DNA of 64,000 bases from Acidobacteriota bacterium (GCA_963666215.2 CAXWPL010000005.1:352001-416000); one strand, 5' to 3'; numbered from the stretch's first letter, positions 1-9,814 are shown. The notes: a model not told the origin generated them from the sequence alone. Program-made: numbers and translations.

Positions 1-217
1 GTAGCGGGCCCGACAGCGGGCTCGCCGCCTTGACCTCGGCGATGATGGCGATGGACGGTCCCCTCAGAGCGTCCCGCAAACGACCGCCTTCGGGAAGCAC
101 CCGATCGGCCAGCCGGGCCCGTAGATCGGCCTCCGGACGGGCCCGCCGGCGCACCTCGGTTGTGGCGCCGGCGGCCGCGACGAGCTCGTCGAGCGTGATC
201 GTGCTCGTGTTCTTCAA
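1..217 (-). CDS. trpC: Indole-3-glycerol phosphate synthase, 5' part (runs off the window)
   Basis: Not in the ORF track. TTG at 217 overlaps the trpD stop and translates as MKNTSTITLDELV...SIAIIAEVKAASPLSGPL, containing the TrpC IAEVKxASP motif. Directly follows trpD. Confidence 0.85.
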   Translation of the reverse strand, partial: MKNTSTITLDELVAAAGATTEVRRRARPEADLRARLADRVLPEGGRLRDALRGPSIAIIAEVKAASPLSGPL

Positions 218-1272
218 CGCAACCTCGGCGTATTGTGCGCGCCACCGGTCGCGGCGACGAGAGCCTCGAGCGTGGCTGCCGCGTCGCCCTCGTCGACGGA
301 AGCACGCGACGCCTCGAGTCCGTCGGCCAGCGAGCCCACGACACCGGCAACACACAAGGCCGCCGCAGCGTTCAGCACCACGATGTCGCGAGGCGCCCCG
401 GGTTCGCCATCCAACAATCGCCGGATGATGTCGGCGTTCTGTGCAGCGTCTCCACCGGCAAGCGCGTCGGGCGCGGCGATCTCGAGGCCGAGCTCCCGCG
501 GCTCGATGCGCCAGGAGCGCACGCGCTCGCCGTCCCACTCGGCCACCTCGGTCGGCCCGAGGGTGGAAATCTCGTCCAGGTCGCCGGCTCCATGCACAAC
601 CATCGCGCGCTCCGACCCGAGCTGGCCGAGGACGCTGGCAACGGGCTCGATCCAGCTACCGTCGTACACCCCGAGCAGCTGCCGGGGGGCGAGCGCCGGA
701 TTGGTCAGCGGGCCGAGCAGATTAAATACGGTCCGCACACCAAGCTCTCGACGTGGGCCCACAGCGTGCTTCATCGCCGGGTGCTGGAGCGGCGCGAACA
801 TGAAGGCGAAGCCGGCGCTCTGTAAGCAGCGCTGCAGCACCGTCGGGTCGTCGGTGAGTACCACACCGAGCTCCTCGAGAACATCGGCGCTGCCGCACCT
901 GCTCGATACCGAGCGGTTGCCATGCTTGGCGATCTTGGCACCGGCGCCGGCTGCCACCAGCGCGGCTGTTGTCGAAATGTTGAACGTCTCGGCGCCGTCA
1001 CCGCCCGTGCCACAGGTGTCGACGAGGTTGTCGGCGGGCAGGTTCACGTGCGTGGCCGCGGCGCGCATCGCCTCGGCGAAACCGGTGATCTCGTCGACCG
1101 TCTCCCCCCGCATACGCAGCGCCACCAGAAATCCGGCGATCTGCGTTGCCGACGCTTGGCCGTCCATGATCAACCGCATCGCGGCGCGAGCATCGGCGCG
1201 ATCGAGCCGCTCGCCGATGAGCAGACGCCCGAGCACCGCCTTCAGCGCGCTCGATTCGCTTGATTCGCTCAC
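214..1272 (-). CDS. trpD: Anthranilate phosphoribosyltransferase
   Basis: DTCGTGGDG, FNIST, KHGNRSVSSRCGSADVLE and LGPLTNP motifs. Confidence 0.97.
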   Translation of the reverse strand: MSESSESSALKAVLGRLLIGERLDRADARAAMRLIMDGQASATQIAGFLVALRMRGETVDEITGFAEAMRAAATHVNLPADNLVDTCGTGGDGAETFNISTTAALVAAGAGAKIAKHGNRSVSSRCGSADVLEELGVVLTDDPTVLQRCLQSAGFAFMFAPLQHPAMKHAVGPRRELGVRTVFNLLGPLTNPALAPRQLLGVYDGSWIEPVASVLGQLGSERAMVVHGAGDLDEISTLGPTEVAEWDGERVRSWRIEPRELGLEIAAPDALAGGDAAQNADIIRRLLDGEPGAPRDIVVLNAAAALCVAGVVGSLADGLEASRASVDEGDAAATLEALVAATGGAHNTPRLR

Positions 1273-1913
1273 GATCGAGGTATGCGCGCTGTGTCGCCGT
1301 CGACGTCGGCTTGTGTCAATCGGAGAAAATTCTGCAGCAGCAGCGGACCGTCGGGACAGGCGATTGATTCGGGATGAAACTGCACCCCGTGTATCGGATA
1401 CGTGGCGTGGCGCATGCCCATCACGAGGCCGTCGCTTGTTGTGGCGTTGACGAGCAGGGGCGCGGGACTCGAGTCGGGGATCGAGCTCGGGACGGAGATC
1501 GGGATCGAATCAGGGCGCACAACTAGCGAGTGGTAGCGCGTCGCCACGAACGGATTGGGCAGCTCCGTGAACACACCCGTTGCGTCGTGACTAACGCTGG
1601 CCGTCTTGCCATGAACAATCTCCGGAGCTCGATCAACGCACGCGCCAAAGGCAATGCCGATGGCCTGGTGGCCCAGACACACGCCGAGCATCGGTGTGGT
1701 CGGGCCGATCTCACTCACCAGCGCCACACAAATGCCAGCGTCCTCGGGCCGTCCCGGGCCGGGCGAGAGCACGATGCCGCTGGGCGCCAGCTCGCGGACA
1801 CCGTCGATGTCGATGGCATCGTTCCGCCTCACCTCCACGTGGGCGCCGAGCGAGCCGATCGCCTGCACGAGATTGAAGGTGAACGAATCGTAGTTGTCGA
1901 CCACGAGAATCAC
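1269..1913 (-). CDS. trpG: Anthranilate synthase component II (glutamine amidotransferase)
   Basis: GTG start at 1913 overlaps the trpE stop (GTGA). VDNYDSFTFNL, LSPGPG, GVCLGHQ, RYHSL and QFHPES motifs. Confidence 0.95.
   Translation of the reverse strand: MILVVDNYDSFTFNLVQAIGSLGAHVEVRRNDAIDIDGVRELAPSGIVLSPGPGRPEDAGICVALVSEIGPTTPMLGVCLGHQAIGIAFGACVDRAPEIVHGKTASVSHDATGVFTELPNPFVATRYHSLVVRPDSIPISVPSSIPDSSPAPLLVNATTSDGLVMGMRHATYPIHGVQFHPESIACPDGPLLLQNFLRLTQADVDGDTARIPRS
1461..1508 (-). repeat. Four imperfect 12-bp tandem repeats inside trpG encoding SIPI-SVPS-SIPD-SSPA
   Basis: Minus strand reads TCGATCCCGATC TCCGTCCCGAGC TCGATCCCCGAC TCGAGTCCCGCG. Confidence 0.6.
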
Positions 1914-3454
1914 TCTTCTTCTTCCTTGTCGCTTGCTGCACGAACCGCCGCGGCCGCCTCGGCCCATTCGAGAGCCTGCAACGATGCCGCGGCCTTCTCG
2001 GACGTCTCGGCGAGCTCCCGGCGCGGGCTGGAGTCGGCCACGATTCCCGCCCCCACCTGCACGTAGGCCGTGGTGCCCTTCATGACAATCGTGCGAATGG
2101 CAATGCACGAGTCGAGATTGCCGGAGAAGTCGGCATACAGAATTGCACCGGCGTACACGCCGCGCGCCGTCGGCTCGAGCTCGTCGATGATCTCCATGGC
2201 GCGGATCTTCGGAGCACCCGAAACGGTGCCGGCGGGAAAGCTGGCAAACAACGCCTCCGCCGGACTCACCCCCTCGCGAAGCTTACCGCGCACCGACGAA
2301 ACCAGATGCATCACGTGAGAGTAACGCTCGACCGTCATGAACTGCGGCACGGTAACCGTGCCGTACTCGGCCACGCGCCCGATGTCGTTGCGGCCGAGAT
2401 CGACGAGCATGAGGTGCTCGGCGCGCTCCTTCTCGTCGGCCAGCAACTGCGCCGCCAGCGCCGCGTCGACCTCCGGGTTGACGTCGCGCCGACGTGTGCC
2501 AGCGATCGGCCTGTTCTCGATCCAGCCCTCCTCGAGGCGCACGAGCATCTCCGGCGACGACCCCACGATGTGGGCCGTCCCGGTGTCGAGACAGAACATG
2601 TATGGTGACGGATTCACGGCTCGAAGCGCGCGGTAGACGGTGAGAGGATCGGCCTGCGTCTGGCAGGCCAAACGCCGCGACAGCACGATCTGGAACGCGT
2701 CGCCGGCGGCGATGTAGTCGCGCGCGCTTTCGACCGCGGCACAGAAATCGGCGTCGGCGATGTTGCACTGCGTCTCGAGCGTTGTGTGCTCGGGCAAATC
2801 GACCGCGTCGAGCGGCGCGGCGTCGAGCGGCTCGCCGTCGAGGACCGCGGCGAGCTCGTCGATTTGTTCATGCGCGCGTGAGTACGCGGCACGTAGGCCG
2901 CCGCGGTCGTGCGGGTCGTCGATGCGTGCGTTGGCCACCAAGAGGATCCGGTGACGCAGGTGATCGAACGCGATCAGTCGATCGTAGTAGGCGAGGTACA
3001 ACCACGGCAGCTGTGGATCCGCAGGGTTGCGATTGGGTACACGCTCGATCCAGCGAATCGCGTCGTAGCCCAGATAGCCCACGCCGCCGCCACTGAACGG
3101 CGGCCCACCTGGAGCCACCGGCGCGGCGCGAAAGCTCGCCTGGATGGCCGCGAGCTGGCCCACGGGGTTACCGTCGAGTCGGCGCGGCTCGCGGCCGGGC
3201 CGGCGTACTTCTAGGCCGTCCGCGTCGCCGACCAGCTCGAGAAACGGGTCGCCACCCAGGAAGGAATAGCGGCCGACGTGCTCACCTCCCTCGGCACTCT
3301 CGAGCAGGAAGGGCCGCCGCATCCGGCCGACGACCTTGAGCATCTCCCCCACCGGGGTCGACAGGTCGCCCAGACGCTCGCTGTAGACCGGCACGATGTT
3401 GCCAAGCGCAGCGGCACGCTCGAAGTCGGCGAAGTTGGGGGCGAGCTTGGGCAT
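1910..3454 (-). CDS. trpE: Anthranilate synthase component I
   Basis: LLES, GRYSF, NPSPYMF, GSSPE, PIAGT, EHLMLVDLGRND and GAPKIRAM motifs. Confidence 0.96.
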   Translation of the reverse strand: MPKLAPNFADFERAAALGNIVPVYSERLGDLSTPVGEMLKVVGRMRRPFLLESAEGGEHVGRYSFLGGDPFLELVGDADGLEVRRPGREPRRLDGNPVGQLAAIQASFRAAPVAPGGPPFSGGGVGYLGYDAIRWIERVPNRNPADPQLPWLYLAYYDRLIAFDHLRHRILLVANARIDDPHDRGGLRAAYSRAHEQIDELAAVLDGEPLDAAPLDAVDLPEHTTLETQCNIADADFCAAVESARDYIAAGDAFQIVLSRRLACQTQADPLTVYRALRAVNPSPYMFCLDTGTAHIVGSSPEMLVRLEEGWIENRPIAGTRRRDVNPEVDAALAAQLLADEKERAEHLMLVDLGRNDIGRVAEYGTVTVPQFMTVERYSHVMHLVSSVRGKLREGVSPAEALFASFPAGTVSGAPKIRAMEIIDELEPTARGVYAGAILYADFSGNLDSCIAIRTIVMKGTTAYVQVGAGIVADSSPRRELAETSEKAAASLQALEWAEAAAAVRAASDKEEEE

Positions 3455-3472
3455 GAGTTGACCGATGGCTGA

Positions 3473-4249
3473 TTAGCTCTGCCCCATCCAGGCCACGAAG
3501 GCCGAAAAGAGGGCGGCGAGCGCCCAGATCACGATGCCAATGATCGTCCCCTGGCCGCGCCGAAGCGCCATCAAACGTTCGCACCCCAGCGCCACCAAGA
3601 CGATCCACCAAATATTGAACATATCGACGCGCTGCAGCAGGGTGCGAACAGCGGCAGAGACGTCCAGACCACCCAGGAACGTGTCCAGGCCCAGGGTTGG
3701 CACGGCTTCCGCGACATCCGACATGCGACGAATCTCGGGCGGCTTCATATCCCAGACGAGGACCGTGAAGCAGGTGGACACCAGCGGATGCGCAACGGAC
3801 GCCACGCTGGCCACCCCGAAGGCGCCGCCGAACTTGCTGCTGCCGCCGAACAAGGTGGATCCGATCCAGATCAGAAGTGAGATCAGCGCCACCATGATCG
3901 CGAAGAAGACATTGCCAAGCAGCGCGAGGTAGGGCGCCATCCGATCGATGCGCTCGACGACCCGCGTCATCTGCTCGGCGTCCATCGTCCCCTGCGCCGC
4001 TTGTTCGATAAAACCGACGCGCCCGATCTGACGCGTGATGTCGACGGTTTGTGTGCTCAGCAACAAGATGCTGACCATCGTCCAGAGAAGAATCCACAGG
4101 GCAAGCATTGGGCGTTGCTGCAGTGCGTCGAAGGCCCGACCAGGGGCGAAAAGAGCGTTCACGAACGGCCCGAATATCGCAGCAACGCCGCGTAGTTCTT
4201 CGGGCTCGTCGACCGTCTCAACGCGATCGGGCTGGTCGTTCGCTTCCAT
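3473..4249 (-). CDS. YIP1-family integral membrane protein
   Basis: LFAPGRAF N-terminal motif, about 5 hydrophobic helices, D(M)FNIWW motif. Confidence 0.75.
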   Translation of the reverse strand: MEANDQPDRVETVDEPEELRGVAAIFGPFVNALFAPGRAFDALQQRPMLALWILLWTMVSILLLSTQTVDITRQIGRVGFIEQAAQGTMDAEQMTRVVERIDRMAPYLALLGNVFFAIMVALISLLIWIGSTLFGGSSKFGGAFGVASVASVAHPLVSTCFTVLVWDMKPPEIRRMSDVAEAVPTLGLDTFLGGLDVSAAVRTLLQRVDMFNIWWIVLVALGCERLMALRRGQGTIIGIVIWALAALFSAFVAWMGQS

Positions 4250-4305
4250 CGCGGACTCCTTTTCGAGAGCGGGCCAGTGGCGCTCAGGCTCCTCGATCTA
4301 TGGGC

Positions 4306-6081
4306 TCAGGATCCTTGGACACCGCAAACACCTACAGCCAGCGCCGCCAGCGCCGCGCTGCGCATGGGCTCCATCGGAGGCTCTCGATCGAACCACAGGC
4401 GGTACTGCTCGGCCGCCTGCAACAAGAACATCTCGAGCCCCGGAACGGTGACGCAGCCGCGCTCCGCCGCGCCACGCAGCAGTGCGGTTTCAAGCGGACG
4501 ATAGACCATGTCGAGCACGACCTCATCTCCGTTCAACCAAGCGGTCGGAATCGCCGTGTCAGCGGCGTCCTTCATGCCGACCGACGTTGCGTCTACGAGC
4601 ACGTCGCAGCCCTCATTCGGAAAATCGTCGAGCGCGCCGAAGCTCGCCCGCCCTCTCTGGCCGGCAATCTTCGAGTCAACGTCGGCGGACCCCGGCGTCA
4701 CGGGGGCGACCGCGATCACCGCACTGGCGACCTCTGCCGCCAGATCCGCCAACTCCCTGGCGCGCTCGAGGGTGCGATTGAGCACACGCACCCGTGCGCC
4801 CGCCTCGGCAAGGGCGACGACGGCACCGCGAGCGGCGCCTCCCGCTCCGAGCACCGTCGCCCGCGCGTCGCGCAGTTGCAGGTGCGGCATCAGCGCGCCC
4901 ACAACGCCGGTGCCGTCGGTGTTGTGCCCACGCCAACCGCTCTCACCCGCGACCAGCGTGTTGACCGCGCCAATGCGTCGAGCCGTTTCGGAAACCTCCG
5001 CGCAACTGCGCAACACCGCCTGCTTGTGGGGCATGGTCACGCTGAGGCCACGGATACCGACGTGCTCGGCCAAACGCAGCACCGCCGGCAAGTCCGCGCC
5101 GCCCATTGGTAGGTAAGCCGCGGCGAGCTCTTGATCTGCGAAGGCGGCGTTGAAGATCAACGGCGACAGCGAGTGCTCAACTGGATCACCGAGCACGCCG
5201 TAGAGCGCGCTGGCTGAGCTCCAGCGGTGCGTTCGGAGAGCGGCGAGATCGTCGAGGCTCCACTGGCCCGTTGCCGTCGGGGCGGAGGAAGCGGCGGGGG
5301 CGAGGGCGTCCGACTCGCGGGCGTAGATCCAGCAGCCGCCTTGGGCGAGCGCCAGCAAGCGGCTGGCTCGACCCTCCTCGTCCATGCAGAACGCCGTGGC
5401 GTGTTGGCCAGCGGCGACGAGCTCGCGCAGAGCATCCAGCAGCGGAATCGCGTCCGCTGGCGATCGGGCCGGAGCCACGAGCTTGACGACGGCAGGTCGT
5501 AGCTCCAGACAGGCTTTGATCCTCGATTCGAGCTCGGCGCGACCCGCGACATCGGCGAGATTGATGGGCGCGGCAGCATGCCACGACAATACGACTCGGT
5601 CGCCGACCTCCCCCACGAGCTCGGCCGCTGATGCCGCCTCGAGCTCCACATCGATGTACGCCGCACCGGCGTCGAGCGCCCGTCGCAGCAGCTGGATACG
5701 CTCGACCTCAGAACTGCTCGCGCCAACGTCAGCGTTGGATTCAGCGCCGTAGCCGCCCCCCTCCCAGCGCGGGCGACAGGTCACAATGAGCGGCACCGCG
5801 GCACGGGCGCACAGATCCGCGAGCTCGGCCGTCGAAAGGCTCTCAGCGGGCCGATCGCGCAATGCGTCCAGACGGATCTCGATCAGGTCCACCCGAGTCG
5901 CACGGCCACGAGCGGCAGATCCGGGCGACGTCGACGGCAATCCCGACTGCCGGCCAGCCGCTCGCGCTTCTGGCGTTCTGTTGGCCCGCGCTGCGTTCAC
6001 CGCGGCGAGGCGCTGCTGCAACTCGGTCAGGCTCCCAGCAGCCAAGCTCAGGCAAACACCGCCTGCCGGGACGGCGCTCAT
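4306..6081 (-). CDS. aroE: Bifunctional type I 3-dehydroquinate dehydratase / shikimate dehydrogenase
   Basis: ATG at 6081 overlaps the upstream stop (ATGA). N-half has EIRLD, TCR..EGG, YIDVEL, SWH, KLV. C-half has HSLSP, SVTMPHK, GAVNT, NTDG, GAGGAA, NRT, DMVY. Confidence 0.9.
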   Translation of the reverse strand: MSAVPAGGVCLSLAAGSLTELQQRLAAVNAARANRTPEARAAGRQSGLPSTSPGSAARGRATRVDLIEIRLDALRDRPAESLSTAELADLCARAAVPLIVTCRPRWEGGGYGAESNADVGASSSEVERIQLLRRALDAGAAYIDVELEAASAAELVGEVGDRVVLSWHAAAPINLADVAGRAELESRIKACLELRPAVVKLVAPARSPADAIPLLDALRELVAAGQHATAFCMDEEGRASRLLALAQGGCWIYARESDALAPAASSAPTATGQWSLDDLAALRTHRWSSASALYGVLGDPVEHSLSPLIFNAAFADQELAAAYLPMGGADLPAVLRLAEHVGIRGLSVTMPHKQAVLRSCAEVSETARRIGAVNTLVAGESGWRGHNTDGTGVVGALMPHLQLRDARATVLGAGGAARGAVVALAEAGARVRVLNRTLERARELADLAAEVASAVIAVAPVTPGSADVDSKIAGQRGRASFGALDDFPNEGCDVLVDATSVGMKDAADTAIPTAWLNGDEVVLDMVYRPLETALLRGAAERGCVTVPGLEMFLLQAAEQYRLWFDREPPMEPMRSAALAALAVGVCGVQGS

Positions 6082-6764
6082 CGCGATCGGCCTGCGCCGC
6101 CGCTGGCTACCGACGTCGCTGGCGGCGCGCCGTCGGACGGCAGAGCGGCCGATGGTTCCATCGGCGAGCTCTGCCGTCGAAATTGTGGTTCGGCGGCGGC
6201 GTCGCAGATGGGCACCGGTTGCGCAACCCCACCCGCGATCCGCCAGCAGCACACGTCGGTGCCACCATCGGCGTCGCAGCTCACGATCACGTGGAGCCAC
6301 TCTCCCCAGGCGTCGTCAATATCGACTTGCGACGGCCGTGCTCGGGCGTCCGGATGCGAGTGGTAGGCACCAACCAGGACGAGATCGTCAGCACGGCTGG
6401 CGCGCATCGTCTCCCAGACCTGGCGCGCATCAATCAAGAAGCGGTCCCCACGCGCTGCAGCGTTGGCGGCTGGCGTGGCTCGCACCACGCGCGAAACACG
6501 GGAGCCGCGCGCGTCGGCCTCGTGCGTCCCGGCAAGGAGTCCGCAGGCTTCGCGCGGGTAGGCTTCCATTGCTTCACCACGGAGCTGTTGGGCGACCGCC
6601 TCCGGAAGCACGAGGCGATCGATCGTGGTCGACGCGGGCCGATTCTCCCCTTCTCGCGGCCGGGCGTCTCCGCCGCCGCGACCGTCTGCCGCCGTCACGA
6701 GTCCGCGGCCGACGCTGACCCGACCGACGGCACCGATTCGTGGGCTCTGGCGCTGCCGCGACAC
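6078..6764 (-). CDS. JAB/MPN+ (Mov34, M67) metalloprotease, Mec-like; start uncertain
   Basis: YPREACGLL and YHSHP...PSQVD (JAMM motif E-x-HxH-x7-S-x2-D). Confidence 0.88.
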   Translation of the reverse strand: MSRQRQSPRIGAVGRVSVGRGLVTAADGRGGGDARPREGENRPASTTIDRLVLPEAVAQQLRGEAMEAYPREACGLLAGTHEADARGSRVSRVVRATPAANAAARGDRFLIDARQVWETMRASRADDLVLVGAYHSHPDARARPSQVDIDDAWGEWLHVIVSCDADGGTDVCCWRIAGGVAQPVPICDAAAEPQFRRQSSPMEPSAALPSDGAPPATSVASGGAGRSR

Positions 6765-7663
6765 TCCGTGGTCGTGGCCGGCGCCGCGGGCCTGGCAGGC
6801 GCGGCAACCGCAGTCGGGCTTCGAATCGTCGGTGAGTCACCGCACAGCTGGCAGCTCGCGTCGCGACGCAGCTCGATTGCCCGAAACACCATGTCGCGGG
6901 CATCAACCAATAGCAGACGTGACATCAACGCGGTCTCCCCCTGCGCCACGAGCTTGAGCGCCTCGGCCGCCATCACCGTACCGACGATGCCCGCAAGCGG
7001 TCCGAGTACTCCAGCCTCTTGGCAGGCCGCCTGTTCTCGCGGCGGCGCCGCGAACAGGCAGCGATAACACGGTGTGCGCGGCGGTGCGATGACCGTTACT
7101 TGTCCTTCGAACTGATGCAGGCTGCCGGTCACCAGCGGCACACCCGCGAGCACGCAGGCGTCGTTAACCACGTAGCGCGTCGCGAAGTTGTCGCTACCAT
7201 CGAGTACGACGTCATAGCCTGCGACGAGCCCCGCGACATTGGCCGCATTGACACGCACCCGATGCATCGTCACCTGCTGCTCGTTATCTCGACCCGGCGA
7301 TCCGGTGTATCCGGCCACTCGGGCTGCGTCCGTATTCCCCGCATACGCCGCCAGTCGCTCGGCGGCCGCTTCGACCTTCGACCGTCCTATGTCGGCGGCA
7401 GAGTACAGAATCTGGCGCTGCAGGTTGGTGGCGTCGACGACATCGTCGTCAACCAGGCCGACGACACTCAGCCCCGCGGCCACGAGATACCGCGCCGCCG
7501 GGCAGCCGAGCCCGCCAACGCCAATCACCAAGGCGCGCGCTCTCAACAGTCGGGACTGGCCGGTAGTGCCGAAACCAGGTAGTGCCAGATGCGCCTGGTA
7601 GCGCTCCATCTGCGCCGCGGTGAGCGCCCCCGGCGTCCGGCTCTCAGCCGACATTCGGCTCAC
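6695..7663 (-). CDS. moeB: MoeB/ThiF E1-like adenylyltransferase, no rhodanese domain
   Basis: GVGGLG, DDDVVDATNLQRQ, DGSDNF, CYRC, CQEAGVLG and CQLC motifs. Confidence 0.9.
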   Translation of the reverse strand: MSRMSAESRTPGALTAAQMERYQAHLALPGFGTTGQSRLLRARALVIGVGGLGCPAARYLVAAGLSVVGLVDDDVVDATNLQRQILYSAADIGRSKVEAAAERLAAYAGNTDAARVAGYTGSPGRDNEQQVTMHRVRVNAANVAGLVAGYDVVLDGSDNFATRYVVNDACVLAGVPLVTGSLHQFEGQVTVIAPPRTPCYRCLFAAPPREQAACQEAGVLGPLAGIVGTVMAAEALKLVAQGETALMSRLLLVDARDMVFRAIELRRDASCQLCGDSPTIRSPTAVAAPARPAAPATTTECRGSARAHESVPSVGSASAADS

Positions 7664-8705
7664 CGAGCTGCCAGTGCACCATGCCGCGGGCCTTGTAGTC
7701 CTCGGGCTCGATCTGAATCGTCGTGTGGGCGATGGCGAACCCTTCGCGTAACGTGTGGCGTAGCACGTCGAGCAGATTCTCCGACTCGGTCAGGATCTCG
7801 CGCTTGACCTCCACGTGGCAGGAAAGCGCGTACACCCCTGACGTCAAGCTCCACACATGTAGATCGTGCACCCCTTCGACGCCGGTGGTCCCGCAGATCT
7901 TCCTCGAGACCTCACGGACGTCGATACCGGCGGGCGTGGCCTCGAGCAGCACGTCGACCGACTCACGAACCAGGCGATAGGCGCCCAGCACGATGACGAC
8001 ACCGATACAGATCGACACCAGCGGGTCGATGAGTCGGTTGCCCGTCGCCCACATCAGGGCACCGCCAATCAGCACCCCCACCGACGAAAGCAGGTCACCG
8101 AGCACATGCAAATACGCCCCGCGCATGTTGAGGCTGTGGTCGTGGCCGTGCAGAAAACGCAGGCCGATGGCGTTGGCCGCCAACCCGATTGCCGCGACCA
8201 CCATCATCAACCCGGTGCGAACCTCGGGCGGCGCGAGGAGGCGTTGGTACGCCTCCCAGAAAATGAAGAGTGACAGCACAACCAGGGTCACGCCGTTGGT
8301 GAGCGCCGCGAGGATCTCGAGTCGGTACCAGCCGTAGGTCTTCTCGGGAGTGGCCGGACGGGTGGCGAACGACAGCGCCGCCAGCGCCAGCAGTAGCGCC
8401 AGCGCGTCGGAAAACATGTGCCCGGCGTCCGCCAGCAGCGACAGGCTGTTAGACAACCACCCACCTGCCAGCTCGGCCACGAAGATGATCGCCGTGGTGC
8501 CAAGAGCCAGCATGAGGCCGCGGCGCTCGGCGAAGCGGCGGCGTTGGCCGGAGACGCCGATCGGCCCGTCGGATCGCGAAGCCAGCCCTCGGTGAGAGCC
8601 ATGAGGATGCGTATGTCTGGCCCGAGGGGCGTGGGGGTCCCCTTGTCCCTGTCCGTTGGCAGCCAAGGATGTCCCGTCTTCGTCGTCAGCGGGCGACCGG
8701 CTCAT
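7644..8705 (-). CDS. Cation diffusion facilitator (CzcD/ZitB-like Zn/Co/Cd exporter)
   Basis: His-containing N-terminus, SLSLLADAGHMFSD, TYGWYRLE, AYLHVLGDLL, HDLHVW and HTTIQIE motifs. Confidence 0.93.
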   Translation of the reverse strand: MSRSPADDEDGTSLAANGQGQGDPHAPRARHTHPHGSHRGLASRSDGPIGVSGQRRRFAERRGLMLALGTTAIIFVAELAGGWLSNSLSLLADAGHMFSDALALLLALAALSFATRPATPEKTYGWYRLEILAALTNGVTLVVLSLFIFWEAYQRLLAPPEVRTGLMMVVAAIGLAANAIGLRFLHGHDHSLNMRGAYLHVLGDLLSSVGVLIGGALMWATGNRLIDPLVSICIGVVIVLGAYRLVRESVDVLLEATPAGIDVREVSRKICGTTGVEGVHDLHVWSLTSGVYALSCHVEVKREILTESENLLDVLRHTLREGFAIAHTTIQIEPEDYKARGMVHWQLGEPNVG

Positions 8706-9814
8706 GGCGAAATTGTAGTGCTTGGCTCAGCCGCCACATGACCGAAAACTTGTAGAAGCACCTGCGCCGCCGTCGCAGCCGTGATGGCGCTCGGATCGAG
8801 CGCCGGCGCCACTTCGACCAGGTCCATGCCGAAGATGTCGAGCCGCGGCCACAACGCAGCAAGCAGCTCCAAGACATCCCGGCTGCTCGGTCCTGCCGCC
8901 ACTGGGTAGCCCGTACCGGGTGCTGCCGATGGGTCGAGCACGTCGATGTCGAACGACAAGTAGACGGGACCACCACCAAGCACGTCGACAATCGCGTCGG
9001 CTGTCGTTCCGACTCCTTGGCGGGACCACTCGGCGGCGGAAACGACCCGTCCCGCCTGCCTCAGGGACGCGAGCTCGATCTGGGCGTAGGAGCGCAGCCC
9101 GACGAGCGCCGTGTTGCGCGGCACAATGCCAGCGTGATCCCAGGCGCGACTGACGGCGCAGGCGTGCGAGGCGCGATCACCCTCGTAGTCGGGGAAACAA
9201 TCGGCGTGCGCGTCCAATAGAAGGAGCCCTAGCCCAGGGTGATGGCGGGCTGAGGAAGCAAGCAGCGGCGGGGTAACACCGTGGTCACCGCCCAGGCCAA
9301 GGAAAAAAGCCTGCGGATGAGCGCGCAGTGCGGCATCGGCGGCGGCTTCGATCGCTTGCCAGCGTGAGGCGGACTGCCCGGACTCGATCGAAGCCCCCGG
9401 ATCGCTCGAGCGACTCGACTGAGCCTGATCGGTTGGCGTGCCCGACACTCGAGGCGTCTCCGACGCAGCCGGCGTGTCGGGTAGGACCACGTCGCCAACG
9501 TCGATGACACGCAGGCCGGAGATCATGGAACCGTCTTCGGTGATCGCCTCGGCCGATGCCGCCCAGCCGCGGATCGCCGCGGGCCCATCGGCGGCGCCGG
9601 CGCGGCCGCTAACTGCGCCGTCGAACGGGCAGCCGAGCACGACGATTTCGCGGTTTTCTTGGCGGATCGGGGCGGGGACAGCAGACCGTGCAGCCGACGG
9701 CGGGGCAGCATCCACTGCGTCGGCTTGGACCGATACGGATGGTTCTGGATCGGGACGCGCCGGAGCAAGATCATCGGCCACGGCAAGGCCAAACCAGGGA
9801 GGAATCGTGCGCAT
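8702..9814 (-). CDS. Agmatinase-like ureohydrolase (arginase family)
   Basis: GCPFD, GAADGP, GGDH, DAHAD, SHA, SFDIDVLDP..APGTG and DLVEVAP motifs. ATG at 9814 preferred as start. Confidence 0.88.
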   Translation of the reverse strand: MRTIPPWFGLAVADDLAPARPDPEPSVSVQADAVDAAPPSAARSAVPAPIRQENREIVVLGCPFDGAVSGRAGAADGPAAIRGWAASAEAITEDGSMISGLRVIDVGDVVLPDTPAASETPRVSGTPTDQAQSSRSSDPGASIESGQSASRWQAIEAAADAALRAHPQAFFLGLGGDHGVTPPLLASSARHHPGLGLLLLDAHADCFPDYEGDRASHACAVSRAWDHAGIVPRNTALVGLRSYAQIELASLRQAGRVVSAAEWSRQGVGTTADAIVDVLGGGPVYLSFDIDVLDPSAAPGTGYPVAAGPSSRDVLELLAALWPRLDIFGMDLVEVAPALDPSAITAATAAQVLLQVFGHVAAEPSTTISP

